Assembly: GCF_006345805.1 (NCBI RefSeq)
Contig: NW_021824719.1
Location: forward strand, 1 to 17,845
Reading direction: 5' to 3'
Length of the DNA: 17,845 nucleotides
Source of the DNA: Octopus sinensis
Taxonomy: Eukaryota
Position 1 is the first letter of the stretch; each line of letters opens with the position of its first letter. Shown here one piece after another: positions 1 to 9,114 of this stretch. Both the position numbers and the translations under genes were made by a program. Below the pieces are notes generated by a model. The model saw only the letters and a list, made by a program, of their open reading frames with translations, had not been told where the DNA came from and did not search any database.

Positions 1-365
1 GGACCCCAGTAGACGAGGTGATAGGAACGTCGTCAACATAAGTATGCTTGTGGATTGCGTAAGCGAGATGTACGAGGGGGTATGCAGAAGGAGCCATTTC
101 GTGGCAGCACTCCAGTAAGTGATTTCGTCTGATGGAGTTAAAAGCATTAGATAAACTCCTCAGAAGATTTTAACAGCTCACGAATGGAATGGGCCGCGGC
201 CTCGCAACCATTAAAAACGCTGACACCAAGGTGAGCGGGCAGAAAGTTGGAGACAACAAGGGACAATGGCATGACAGAGAAGCTTAGTGGAGACCCTCCG
301 GAAAACATTTCCCACAGAGATGGGTCTTACTTCGTTGTCCTTCTTCCTTAAGCAGTAAGGTTTGC
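1..365 (-). pseudogene. Degenerate CRE-clade retrotransposon RT fragment (runs off the window start)
   Basis: Minus strand reads ANLTA/LRKKDNEVRPISVGNVFRRVSTKLLCHAIVP..LGVSVFNGCEAAAHSIRELL../SNAFNSIRRNHLLECC..AYPLVHLAY..DDVPITSSTGV with frameshifts and a deletion. Colinear with 2700-3085 of the intact element. Confidence 0.88.
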
Positions 366-368
366 TTA

Positions 369-431
369 CTGTATGATCGAGTTGAGTTTACTGTGACTGG
401 GGGCACGACCGGCACTCCGCCGCCGGAAAGC
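369..431 (-). mobile_element. ~60-bp piece of the CRE endonuclease region (RRSAGRAPxH-S-LNS)
   Basis: ctgtatgatcgagttgagtttactgtgactgggggcacgaccggcactccg is near-identical to 1580-1640 of the intact element. Confidence 0.8.
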
Positions 432-1058
432 AACATTTTCTTTTAGCGTAGTCCCGTTAATTCGTGGTCTTACTCGGAAGGTCGTTCCCGGATGAGGAGC
501 GTAGTGGTGTTCCATTGCGAGATTTGCGGGAGTTTTCCTGTCCATTTTTATGATGTGACCGAATAAGCCTTATCTATACTCTTCTTATTTCTTCGTCCGA
601 GGATGTACATTGTAATTGGAGTAGAGAGATGTTTGTTGATATGGGCTTTGGCCAAAAGATTTATAGAATGTATTTCAGCTGCATCTATGGAAGAAATTCA
701 GATTTTCCATTCGTGCACTGTGAGTGCCCAAGAGGAGGAATTGTACAATAAGATGGTTTTATAACGACATATTGTATAGTTTGATTTTTAAGACGCAGAA
801 ATTTGTTTACCTCTCAACCATAACGATGTTTAATCTTTTAAGCGCAAAGTTTTCTAGTGATTTTCTTCGTATCATGTCTTCTGTATCTCCTAAGAGAGTT
901 TCTTTGTATGTTTTCCATTTTTCCTCGTGTCGTTGTTCACATCGCCTCATCAATAGTGTATTCTGTTATCTCAGTGTTTAATTTTTAGAATGATTTTTCA
1001 AAATGTTGGCCAAATGTAATTGACAAATTTGTACCAAAATTTAAATAATATGTGAAAA
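432..1058 (-). pseudogene. Degenerate RTE-like LINE, C-terminal part of RT ORF
   Basis: Across frameshifts and stops the minus strand gives TEYTI..EEKWKTYKETLLGDTEDMIRRKSL..LKIKLYN..ILLYNSSSWAL..FWPKPISNKHL..RLFGHIIKMDRKTPANLAMEHHY..FRVRPR, the typical RTE post-RT region. The 960-1058 boundary is weaker. Confidence 0.75.
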
Positions 1059-1077
1059 TTTTTTTTTTTTTTTTTTT
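1059..1077 (-). repeat. Poly(A) tail of the CRE element (T19 on + strand)
   Basis: Uninterrupted 19-nt T run 43 nt beyond the ORF stop. Confidence 0.9.
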
Positions 1078-1120
1078 GAGTTCATAATTAAAAACAAGAC
1101 AAAAATTACAGATAGCTAAG

Positions 1121-4105
1121 TTAGTTAAAGGCCTCACGAGACACCCGACCAGCCGCGCGAATGGCGAAGACGTTCCCTCGGATCACAGCAATCGACAGAC
1201 GTTCCAGGAGCCAAGAAAACTCTCTTGGATCGTGACTAGTCCTTGAAATCCGTCGACCGAGCGAGCGAAGGAAGCGGAGTGTCTTGGGACCGAAGATCCC
1301 GGAGGACTCCAAGGCAATTGGAGTAAAGAGCAGCGAGTTGGACAGGTGGCCGTACTTGAGAATCTTTCGCTCCTCGGCCTGCCTGGAAGCGTGCCCAGGA
1401 TTGGCGGCGGACAGCGCGAGATTTCCCAGCGAGAACGTGTCCGAGCAGGTAGAATCCCAAATAAGGGATTTCCCCTGCTCGTAGGGGAAGGTGGACATGC
1501 CGTCAGGGCGTTTGCCATCCCCTCTATCCAATCCAACAGGTTCAAGGATAGACGGGATGCCTGCTGAGGCGAGGGCTCTCTGTACGACTGAGTTGAGTTC
1601 ACTGTGACGGGGGGCACGACCGGCACTCCGCCGGCAAGCGAGGGGATGCAAACCGTACTCGTCAACAGTTCCCCCACAACGGCATTTGTGCGACTGGCAG
1701 ATTTTCAGCCCGACACGGAGGGAGATTGCAATTCTTAGGCATTCCTTGTCCAACAGGTTCCCGATGGAAGGGAGAGGGAGAGCCTTTAACCAGACACCGC
1801 TGCTTTCACAGCGACCTGCACGGAGGCAAGCGACACGGTGTTGATTGGAGACAGGAAGCAGGCCTTCGAAGATTGCCTGACAAGAGATTTCGTCCCATTG
1901 GCGCTGTACAGATTGAGAGTTGGGCAGCTTCGAACCAAACCGAGCCTCCCACCGACCACGGGCTGCAGAGTAAACTTCAGACAATTTCCGTTCGGGGAGG
2001 TTTCTAAGAACGATGTCTGAGAGAGTACGAGAAGCGTGATGAGCGGATAGGAATGCCGGGAGGGCAAGATCGGAATAGGATCTCAAGCCAAGGCCACCCC
2101 AGCGCACAGGCAGGGATGCCTGAGTCCAGCCTGGATCGTCGAAAGCCAGATTGCAAAGAGAGCTCGTACCGAGCCTGAGGATATTGTCAAGGTCGGAAAG
2201 AAGGTCGCCTCTTTGAAAGCAGGGTGCACATCTTAGGGTGTAAAGGATCTTAGGGACGGAGAAGTGGTTTCGGAGGAGGAAAAAAGCCACATGAGGCTCG
2301 ATGACTTTAAGCTTGTCGATCATTTTGGATAAGTGGGAAATTTTTCCAGCGAGTGAGCATTCGAGGGCAGAAGGCCCCATGGGGGCACCGAGAATCGTAA
2401 GATTTGATTTGTCCGTAATCCGGACGTCTGAGAGAATGCCTCGGCACGTGGAAATTGAAGCAGTGAAGTCACTCGGATTTAAGGCAATGTTCACGATTTC
2501 GGATTTATTGGCGTTTATAGATAGGCCGATGTCCGAGAGGGAAGGGAGGATAGAACGAAGGTCGTCGAAAACAGCGTCGGGGGGACCGCAAATGGTTGCG
2601 TCATCCAGATACCATATGTTAACTGGGGATCGAACAGAGTGAGCGATACTGTTAACGCCCAAGGCAAAAAGGACAGGACCCAGGGGATCTCCCTGTTGGA
2701 CCCCGGTGGCCGAAGAGATGGGAACATCGTCAAACATGAGGATACTCGGAGAAGCGTATGAGAGATGTACAAGGGGATAAGCGAACGGAACCAGTTCGCG
2801 ACAGCACTCCAGCAGGTGGTCACGTCTGATGGAGTTGAAAGCGTTTGAGACGTCTAGTTTGACCATGATAGCCGACTGGGAAGATTCGATGAGTTCACGG
2901 AGAGAATGAACGGCCGCTTCGCAGCCGTTTGGGACACCGACCCCGAGTTGGGCGGGGAGAAACACTTGAGACAAAAAGGGGACAATTGCGTGGCACAGAA
3001 GTTTGGCAGAGAGCCTCCGAAAGATATTCCCAACGGCAATGGGTCTCACGCCGTTGTCCTTTTTCCCAAGGGCAGTAAGGTTGGCGGAAAAGAAAATATC
3101 ACGAGCAAAATCGGGGAGGGAACCGGAGATGAAGCGGTTGCACAGGTTGGTAATTGAGCGTAGGAGTTTTCGACCAGCTTCGGCGGTAGTGGGAGACGTC
3201 AGGTCTTTCAGATGACCTGGTCTCAGACCATCTACACCACCACTGCTTCCAGGTGAAAAGTCCCTCAGGGCTTTCAGTACAAGAGTTTCCGAGACAGCAA
3301 AAGGATTGAGAGCGAGGGTGTCAGGGGACGGCTGAGGCCTGAAGTCGTTTGGCTGAGGGGGATGTTTTTCCCTGAGGGAATTCAAAACAGCAGGGGTCGT
3401 GGGCAAAAGGGGACTTGTCGAGGCAACCAGCCTAACTGCACCACGAACGTCGCCGTCCAAGAGTTTACTATTAATCTTTCTGTTGAGGTAGTCGACGTCA
3501 TTCGCGTGAGAGGACACATTATGGGATGGTGAACCAGAGGGAAATTCGGAGCTAGCGAGGTGGTCCCGCAGCCAGCGGATGGAAAAAGAGTTCTTATCGT
3601 ACAAGGCCAATTCTTGTTTGACGGTTGTAGCCAGCGAAATGGAGGAGGTTTTCACACGGGCTCTTAATGGGGCAAAACCGAGACCAAAAGAGGCGAAGCA
3701 AAACAGCTTAAGCCAATCGGAATGGCCATCAGATGCCAAAGCCTTATCGATTGCGGCGGACAGGGAGGAGGCTGCAAAGATACGCGCAGCTTTTGGGATT
3801 CTGGATGGGATTTTCCGGAGACGACGGAAGAGCTTGATAGATTTGAGAACTTCCTCGGCAGACGGGGATGTTGCGAATGGCGGTTTTTCGGGGAGTTCTT
3901 GCGGGCTGGAACACTGAACCGGCTGGCAAGAGCGGCAGGAAGGACAGTCCCAAATTAAGAGAGAGGCAGAAACGCGCCTGGAAAGACGCACGCAAGAAAG
4001 GTGGAAGAATCTGTCGCAACTAGAACAGACTCTCCCTTTCTTGCGGTTGTTACTAACTTCGCAAGTAGAGCATAGAACAGAAGTGGGTTGGAAACAGAAA
4101 GACAT
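1121..4105 (-). CDS. CRE-type polyprotein, 994 aa: PHD finger + reverse transcriptase + CCHC zinc finger + restriction-like endonuclease
   Basis: First ATG at 4105 (the ORF-track start at 4264 is a TTG in low-complexity leader). PHD CSTC..CSSC..HLSC..WDCPSC (3935-4072); RT motifs GVRPIAVG, KLDVSNAFNS, GVQQGDPLGP, WYLDD; CRCG..HPLAC, RH, KRPDG..WD. No stops or frameshifts. Confidence 0.93.
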   Translation of the reverse strand: MSFCFQPTSVLCSTCEVSNNRKKGRVCSSCDRFFHLSCVRLSRRVSASLLIWDCPSCRSCQPVQCSSPQELPEKPPFATSPSAEEVLKSIKLFRRLRKIPSRIPKAARIFAASSLSAAIDKALASDGHSDWLKLFCFASFGLGFAPLRARVKTSSISLATTVKQELALYDKNSFSIRWLRDHLASSEFPSGSPSHNVSSHANDVDYLNRKINSKLLDGDVRGAVRLVASTSPLLPTTPAVLNSLREKHPPQPNDFRPQPSPDTLALNPFAVSETLVLKALRDFSPGSSGGVDGLRPGHLKDLTSPTTAEAGRKLLRSITNLCNRFISGSLPDFARDIFFSANLTALGKKDNGVRPIAVGNIFRRLSAKLLCHAIVPFLSQVFLPAQLGVGVPNGCEAAVHSLRELIESSQSAIMVKLDVSNAFNSIRRDHLLECCRELVPFAYPLVHLSYASPSILMFDDVPISSATGVQQGDPLGPVLFALGVNSIAHSVRSPVNIWYLDDATICGPPDAVFDDLRSILPSLSDIGLSINANKSEIVNIALNPSDFTASISTCRGILSDVRITDKSNLTILGAPMGPSALECSLAGKISHLSKMIDKLKVIEPHVAFFLLRNHFSVPKILYTLRCAPCFQRGDLLSDLDNILRLGTSSLCNLAFDDPGWTQASLPVRWGGLGLRSYSDLALPAFLSAHHASRTLSDIVLRNLPERKLSEVYSAARGRWEARFGSKLPNSQSVQRQWDEISCQAIFEGLLPVSNQHRVACLRAGRCESSGVWLKALPLPSIGNLLDKECLRIAISLRVGLKICQSHKCRCGGTVDEYGLHPLACRRSAGRAPRHSELNSVVQRALASAGIPSILEPVGLDRGDGKRPDGMSTFPYEQGKSLIWDSTCSDTFSLGNLALSAANPGHASRQAEERKILKYGHLSNSLLFTPIALESSGIFGPKTLRFLRSLGRRISRTSHDPREFSWLLERLSIAVIRGNVFAIRAAGRVSREAFN

Positions 4106-4268
4106 AGAAAGAGAGCAAGATAGAAACAATGAAAAAATGGATAACAAAGTGGAAAGAGAGAGATTATTAGATAGATGACAATTACAAAAATGGATTATAG
4201 AATAAGAAATGAACAAATGAAAAGAAAGAAATGAACAACAACAACAACGTGCAACAACGTGCAATTGA

Positions 4269-4335
4269 TGAAAAATTAATCTACGTCTCGATCTGCGAGC
4301 GCGACGGGGCAGGGATTTCCTATGTAATTTATTAG
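4269..4335 (-). pseudogene. Possible RTE RT remnant with degenerate (Y)ADDVDF motif, upstream half of the LINE interrupted by the CRE
   Basis: Minus strand tcc ctg ccc cgt..gcg ctc gca gat cga gac gta gat taa ttt reads SLP..ALAD(R)DVD*F. Spacing to the LKIN-KTEYT-like motif at ~990-960 matches an RTE RT once the CRE is removed. Confidence 0.4.
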
Positions 4336-4746
4336 TTAGTTCCCCGAACTATATTGGCATAGACCCTTCAACTCTCAATTTGTTTATTAGTATTTAAAAA
4401 AATTTTAACTTTGAGCATTCACAAAGCATAAATTTTCTTGTCTTCAGTCAAATTTCTAGCTTTAAAAGTTTTGATGTACGTACATGCGCGCAATAAATTT
4501 CCTTCCACCTACCTTTTAAATTTATCCTTTAAATATAAATGATCCAAGTGAATTAAGAACGACCAACTTCACTGATTAAAGTGAATTGGAGTTTGTTGTC
4601 ATGTTTTGAACTCGGTCAGCTAAACCATGTGAATGACTTCAATGCGGATGACATCACAATTAAAAACTACAAGATTATCTTGAGGAACAATGCCATCATT
4701 AATTTAAGTCCCCAACCATTTACTTTTTGTTAGTTAGTTATAGGAC

Positions 4747-5838
4747 CTGGTCGAGGATGACGGAGAGTCTGGCCGACTTGTGCTGTTCCGGGCGAGGACC
4801 AGAAAAATAGACGATTGTGCTGTCGGAAAATCCATTCAATCGGTCTGTCATTAAGTAGAAGGTGTACCCAGTGCATATTCGAGGTCTCTTCGATAAACAA
4901 ACCCCGCCAACACTTTGTAGTGCCTGAACACGACCACTGGAAATCCGTTGTAGTTCGTTTCCTCGAGAATTTGTTCTGAAATGGAGAGAAATGAATACTG
5001 ATTTCGAAAATGGTCATTTTGTTCTGCTCGATGACAGTCAGTTCGGCCGAGTTGTCCCTGAGAGTGAATGCCCAACAAAACATTGCGTGGAGAACGTCAT
5101 TGGCCGTGCCACTCTCGGAAATCTCGTCCTTTCCGTCGAGGAAGGGGAAGCCGTTCAGGTGGATGTGTCGGTCGTATCTATGGAATAAAAGCAGTGCCTA
5201 CATCCCCTCCTTCCCTAACCAGTCAGTAATCCACTTGCTGGTCATGGTGGCCATTATTATGGGGATTATGTAGGAAATCCCGCCAGTCATCTCGTACATA
5301 ATCACCACCAGGGACACTACTATAAATACTCAATAACACCAGTCATTCGGGTGACCCCCCAAGTGTGGCGGCAGCTCACACAAGCGCGTACACTCCGGGG
5401 TTGATCACAGCCACCAGAGAAGTCGAGTTGATGTAGAACGTCCTACAATGACCACAGTCTCCAACCGGGCAATCTGCTGCACTCCTATGCCTACGATTCG
5501 CCCCATTATTGCCCCCGCACAAATCGTGGGAATGAATAATCCAGCAAGCACCTTCGAATAAGCCCACACAACACCTTCAGTCCAAACGTGGTCACCGTGA
5601 ACACAAATTTGAGGACAAGGATGATGACCAACTGCCACATGGAGGTATATATTCTAGCCCCAAAGAGAAGGGTTCCCCTGACGGTCCTGCCCGACCGAGT
5701 AGTCCCATTGGTAGTCACTAAGACTGGAAAAGTCCACTACCAGAGCGGATTGGAATTTCCGACGTGGCAGGCAGCAAAGAGTTGTCGGATGAAGGAATTG
5801 GAGTCCTGACGAGTGAAGGAGAAGGGGTATTGCATGTT
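4747..5838 (-). pseudogene. CLC-3/4/5-type H+/Cl- exchanger fragment (late TM helices + CBS1), 8 tiny introns
   Basis: Spliced: [123 protein letters not shown]. Introns 5718-5740, 5552-5574, 5443-5465, 5317-5339, 5178-5201, 5058-5081, 4976-4998, 4845-4867. TGA at 5376-5378, frameshift in G run 5355-5360. N-terminal half and CBS2 absent. Paralog not resolvable. Confidence 0.9.
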
Positions 5839-5839
5839 G

Positions 5840-6335
5840 AATCCAGCGGCGTTAAGCGCGCGCTTCACAACGTCATTCAATGAGGCGTGCCTGGGGATCC
5901 TGCCGGCACTGAGGCGACAAGAGAGAGGGTGTAAACCTCTCCTGTCAATGAGTTGTTCACATCTGCAATGGTGCGGCTGGCAATCTCTATGCCAAGCCGT
6001 AAACAGATTCCGATGCGGACCGATTCGTCGTCCAGGAACATGCTCGCTGACGAGATCGGTAACGCATTCAACTAATCTCCGAATGCGGTTGACAAGCACA
6101 ATTAATGCTTGCCAACTAAACTAATCGGCGTGTGACCGGATATCTTCAATTATGTGAGAACAATAAATGTTGTCCCAGTTCTTTTGAGCCGACGGAATGT
6201 CCGGGACTTTAAGCCCCCGAGAAACCCACACGTTGACACCAGCCGCATATTCCAACAACTCGCACTGTTCAGAAGAGGGAAAAAGAACAGAGTTGACGAA
6301 ATTAGTGGAAGCGGACAATGAAAACCGTAACGGGC
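5840..6335 (-). pseudogene. Degenerate fragment of a second, divergent CRE family (post-RT linker, CCHC finger, start of RLE)
   Basis: SAQKNWDNI..LNALPISSASMFLDDESVRIGICLRLG/..CRCEQLIDRRGLHPLSCRLSAGRIPRHASLNDVVKRALNAAGF, homologous to the C-terminal third of the intact ORF. Frameshifted, truncated at both ends before KRPDG. Confidence 0.85.
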
Positions 6336-7599
6336 TTACCATTGAAATAGTCTATAGAATCTTTTCTTTGAAATAACATTTGTTTGCTATATAATATTAC
6401 AAATGTTTTAATTTATTTTAAAATTTAAGTAAATTTAGAGTAATAAAATTCCGGAAATTTGAACAAACAAGTCTTTACGTAGTGCATTATATTTTGCCGT
6501 CAATTTTATAAAGTATGTTAATTTAAAACAATTTTTAATATAGAATAAACTCTAAATGTCAGAAAACCTTCTTTTTTCAATGTGTAATAAAATGGTGGAC
6601 AATTATGTGCGAAATAAATACAATAACCGCCTTGATTACACTTTGATAGAAACAATTTGAGAATGATTATGTCTCATTATTCGAGACAGCTTGTGCATTA
6701 GAGTTTGTTCTAATGTACATAAAACGGTGTTTCAATAAAGGGGACGACGGGTATAAGGTTGTGCTTGAGAACTTCTTACTGGACTTGATCATAGCCGGGA
6801 GAAAGCCAGAATGGCCTGGAGCAGATTTAATGTTGAGTATTCTCCTCAAATTACTTGTAAAATATTAAATTTGATTTTTATGTCAAACAATTCTCCAATA
6901 AGTCTTTGGAAGTTGTTTTCCGACTGCAAGCACTGGATTATATGATCATGGCAATCCCCCGCATACACGAGGACATGGAGGTATTCAAGGTCCGTCAAGT
7001 CTTCCTCACAAAGTTTCTCTAAAAAATATTTGGGGACACTTCTGAGGAGGGACACTTCTCGATTCTAAAGGCCCGATCAGAATTTATTACGTAATCTTTG
7101 ATTTCCTTGCCTTGAGGGGAAATGTGGGAATAGTTAGTATTGAGATCTACCCTTGTAGACTGCCAGGTCATTTTTGATTGGGAAATTAGTTCATTATTTG
7201 TCGGAGAAGGAAAATAAAGCCAAAATTAATGATTTGAGGAAATATCTTTCTCGCTCAGTCGATGAAATAGAACAGTCCTATAAAAACTGGAATTATCTTT
7301 GGATCATGAGAAGGTGAGTTCTTGCCTAGCCTTCATTCAATACCGGGGCCCATTTGTCCCCAATTTCGATAGTTTTCTCAAATTTGTCATCGTCCGAGTA
7401 ATACTACTTAAAAGAACTAGTAGATATTACAATGTTTAAGTGAGCCAATTGCCAATCTGAGAACTAAGGCAGAAAAATTTTTGAATTTTGTTGTGGATAT
7501 TTTTATATTTTCTATATAATAAAATCATTCAAAAATCACAATTTATTAATTAATATTATATATTATTGTATTTTATTTTTAAATTTTGCACGTTATCGA

Positions 7600-8039
7600 A
7601 TGTTTCTAATTACACTATCACAAGAGGATTTATTGAAAATAAAAACTTTTAAACAATTTTGAACATTTGATGACGGAATCAGTAGAAGAGAACGTTTTAG
7701 ATTACGTAGGATTGCTAACCGAATACTTATTGAGGAAAATATAGCCTACATATACCAAAGGAATAAAAAAGTCAGATTATTCTGCATAGAAGAACAAGAG
7801 TTAAAGCTGAAATATATAGAAGTATCAATTTATTTAATTATGATTAGTGTGAGCACAATTATGTACATTTTGGAAGAGATAAAATGTTTTCTATGCTTAA
7901 GGGAAAGATATATGGTGCAACTCGGGAAGAGATTAGCAAAATAATTGAAAAATGTGCTTATTGTCAGGTATTTAGTTAAATTATTCGATTTCAGTCTAAA
8001 AAATTACATTTTAGTCGGCTAAGGAAATTAAAAAAATAA
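7600..8039 (+). pseudogene. Ginger/GIN-like (Gypsy-integrase-related) transposase remnant: N-terminus + HHCC zinc domain, two tiny introns
   Basis: MFLITL..*TFDDGISRRERFRLRRIANRILIEENIAY..KYIE|CEHNYVHFGRDKMFSMLKGKIYGATREEISKIIEKCAYCQ|SKK..*. H-x3-H..C-x2-C integrase zinc motif. Introns 7822-7847 (26 nt) and 7968-7994 (27 nt), TGA at 7660. No DDE core. Confidence 0.7.
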
Positions 8040-8069
8040 TTTTTAATATTTTAAAATTGTTTCTAAATT

Positions 8070-8115
8070 AAAAAAATTCAAGTTAATCGACTAAAAAAAT
8101 TTAAGTTAATCGATA
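8070..8115. repeat. 23-bp tandem duplication downstream of the integrase remnant
   Basis: aaaaaaattcaagttaatcgact followed by aaaaaaatttaagttaatcgata. Confidence 0.7.
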
Positions 8116-8452
8116 AAACGTTATGTCGGGTCAAAAATGCGTTATGTTTGTTTTTTGTGGGGGAATAATATGAACTTTTATCCAAAAAAAACATAAAAAA
8201 CACTAATATGGTATACTTGGAGTAAGGTATATTTATTTTTTATTTATTTTTATAAATTTTTAAAACTGACTCACGTCTCGACTGTGACACATTTCTTAGA
8301 AGTGTATACTTTAATTGTTACTCGCAGGTATTCAAAGAATCTGGGGAGAACAGTGGCAATGTCTTGAAGGCAGCATTGCAGATTGTTGATTGTATAATAA
8401 CTAATGTAATAGCACTGGACGAGTCTATTGCCAGTTGTATGTTTTATACAAT

Positions 8453-9114
8453 AGAGTCAGGGAACGTAAGCTTGGCGCTCGTCCCGTAGCCACTACCAAC
8501 CAAACCGTTGACAGGTTGGTTGGCAAGGGGGAAAAATTGGTTCTGTTTGTTGCTGATGTGAAATCAGCATCCAATCGTCTCCACGAGAAGGTGAACCACA
8601 TGACGATCAATTTCTTGACAAATGCCGAACCCTAAATCACCCTGGCTACTTCCTCTGGCACTCCACTAACAACAGGAGAATAGTTCCGACCCTCGCGGAC
8701 AAAGTCCGCAAGCTTATACATCCCCTCCGGACATTAACCAGAAGGGGATTCACGACCTGGTGGCTACGAGGGCAATCAGATGTCTTGGAATAAACAAGCT
8801 TCTGGGACGCCTTCCGCCGCCAATTAATAAGATCGAATCCTCCCTCTCAAGAGAAGCCCGAGTGAACTTGGCTCGTCTCCGCTGTGGCCACCATACTGGC
8901 CTACACGATTATCGCATAAAAATCGGTCTTGGTGAAATAACCCCTTCCTATTCCCTCAACGACCTTTTCTCCTGTCCAGGCCCGCCTTCTACTTCCTCGG
9001 AACACCGGATCACGATCGGGGATCTTTGGAGGCGTCCGACATTGGCCCTAACGTTCTTGTTAGCCACCGGCTTTCTTCAATTGAAGGGGCCGGGGGTAAA
9101 TAAATAAAAAATAA
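8453..9114 (+). mobile_element. 5'-truncated LINE (I/Jockey-group-like C-terminus) with 14-bp TSD
   Basis: TSD atgttttatacaat at 8439-8452 and 9115-9128; 3' (TAAA)n/A-rich tail. KGIHDLVATRAI..NKLLGRLPPPINKIESSLSREARVNLARLRCG..LFSCP..LWRRP..FL resembles the C-terminus of I-group ORF2. Confidence 0.85.

Larger units (their letters stand above)
1059..4268 (-). mobile_element. Full-length CRE-clade (RLE-type) non-LTR retrotransposon
   Basis: Single long ORF, 43-nt 3' UTR (1078-1120), poly(A)19 (T run 1059-1077), ~160-nt 5' leader with (CAA)n and a duplicated aacaacgtgc. Candidate 6-bp TSD tgaaaa at 1053-1058 and 4269-4274. Confidence 0.9.

Noticed and set aside
724-981. 85-aa plus-strand ORF
   Set aside because: Antisense to the RTE remnant, which explains the sequence.
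1183-4019. Numerous 60-164 aa ORFs overlapping the CRE ORF on both strands
   Set aside because: Shadow ORFs of a GC-rich coding region, with no recognisable motifs.
1121-4105. Bacterial RT system (retron, group II intron, DGR) or CRISPR-associated RT
   Set aside because: Poly(A) tail, RLE domain and spliceosomal introns nearby show a eukaryotic non-LTR element; no repeat-spacer array is present in the window.
4106-4264. 53-aa N-terminal extension of the 1047-aa ORF
   Set aside because: It starts at TTG and translates low-complexity (CAA)n/CT-rich leader; the first ATG at 4105 directly precedes the PHD finger.
4557-4733. 58-codon open frame on + (KVNWSLLSCFELGQLNHVNDF..PQPFTF) ending near a gttagt donor-like site
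   Set aside because: No ATG and no recognisable homology; it could be another gene fragment but cannot be supported without a search.
6667-7055. Two minus-strand ORFs (60 and 69 aa)
   Set aside because: The plus strand encodes clear NIPBL motifs (KPEWPGA, QFSNKS), so these are antisense shadows.
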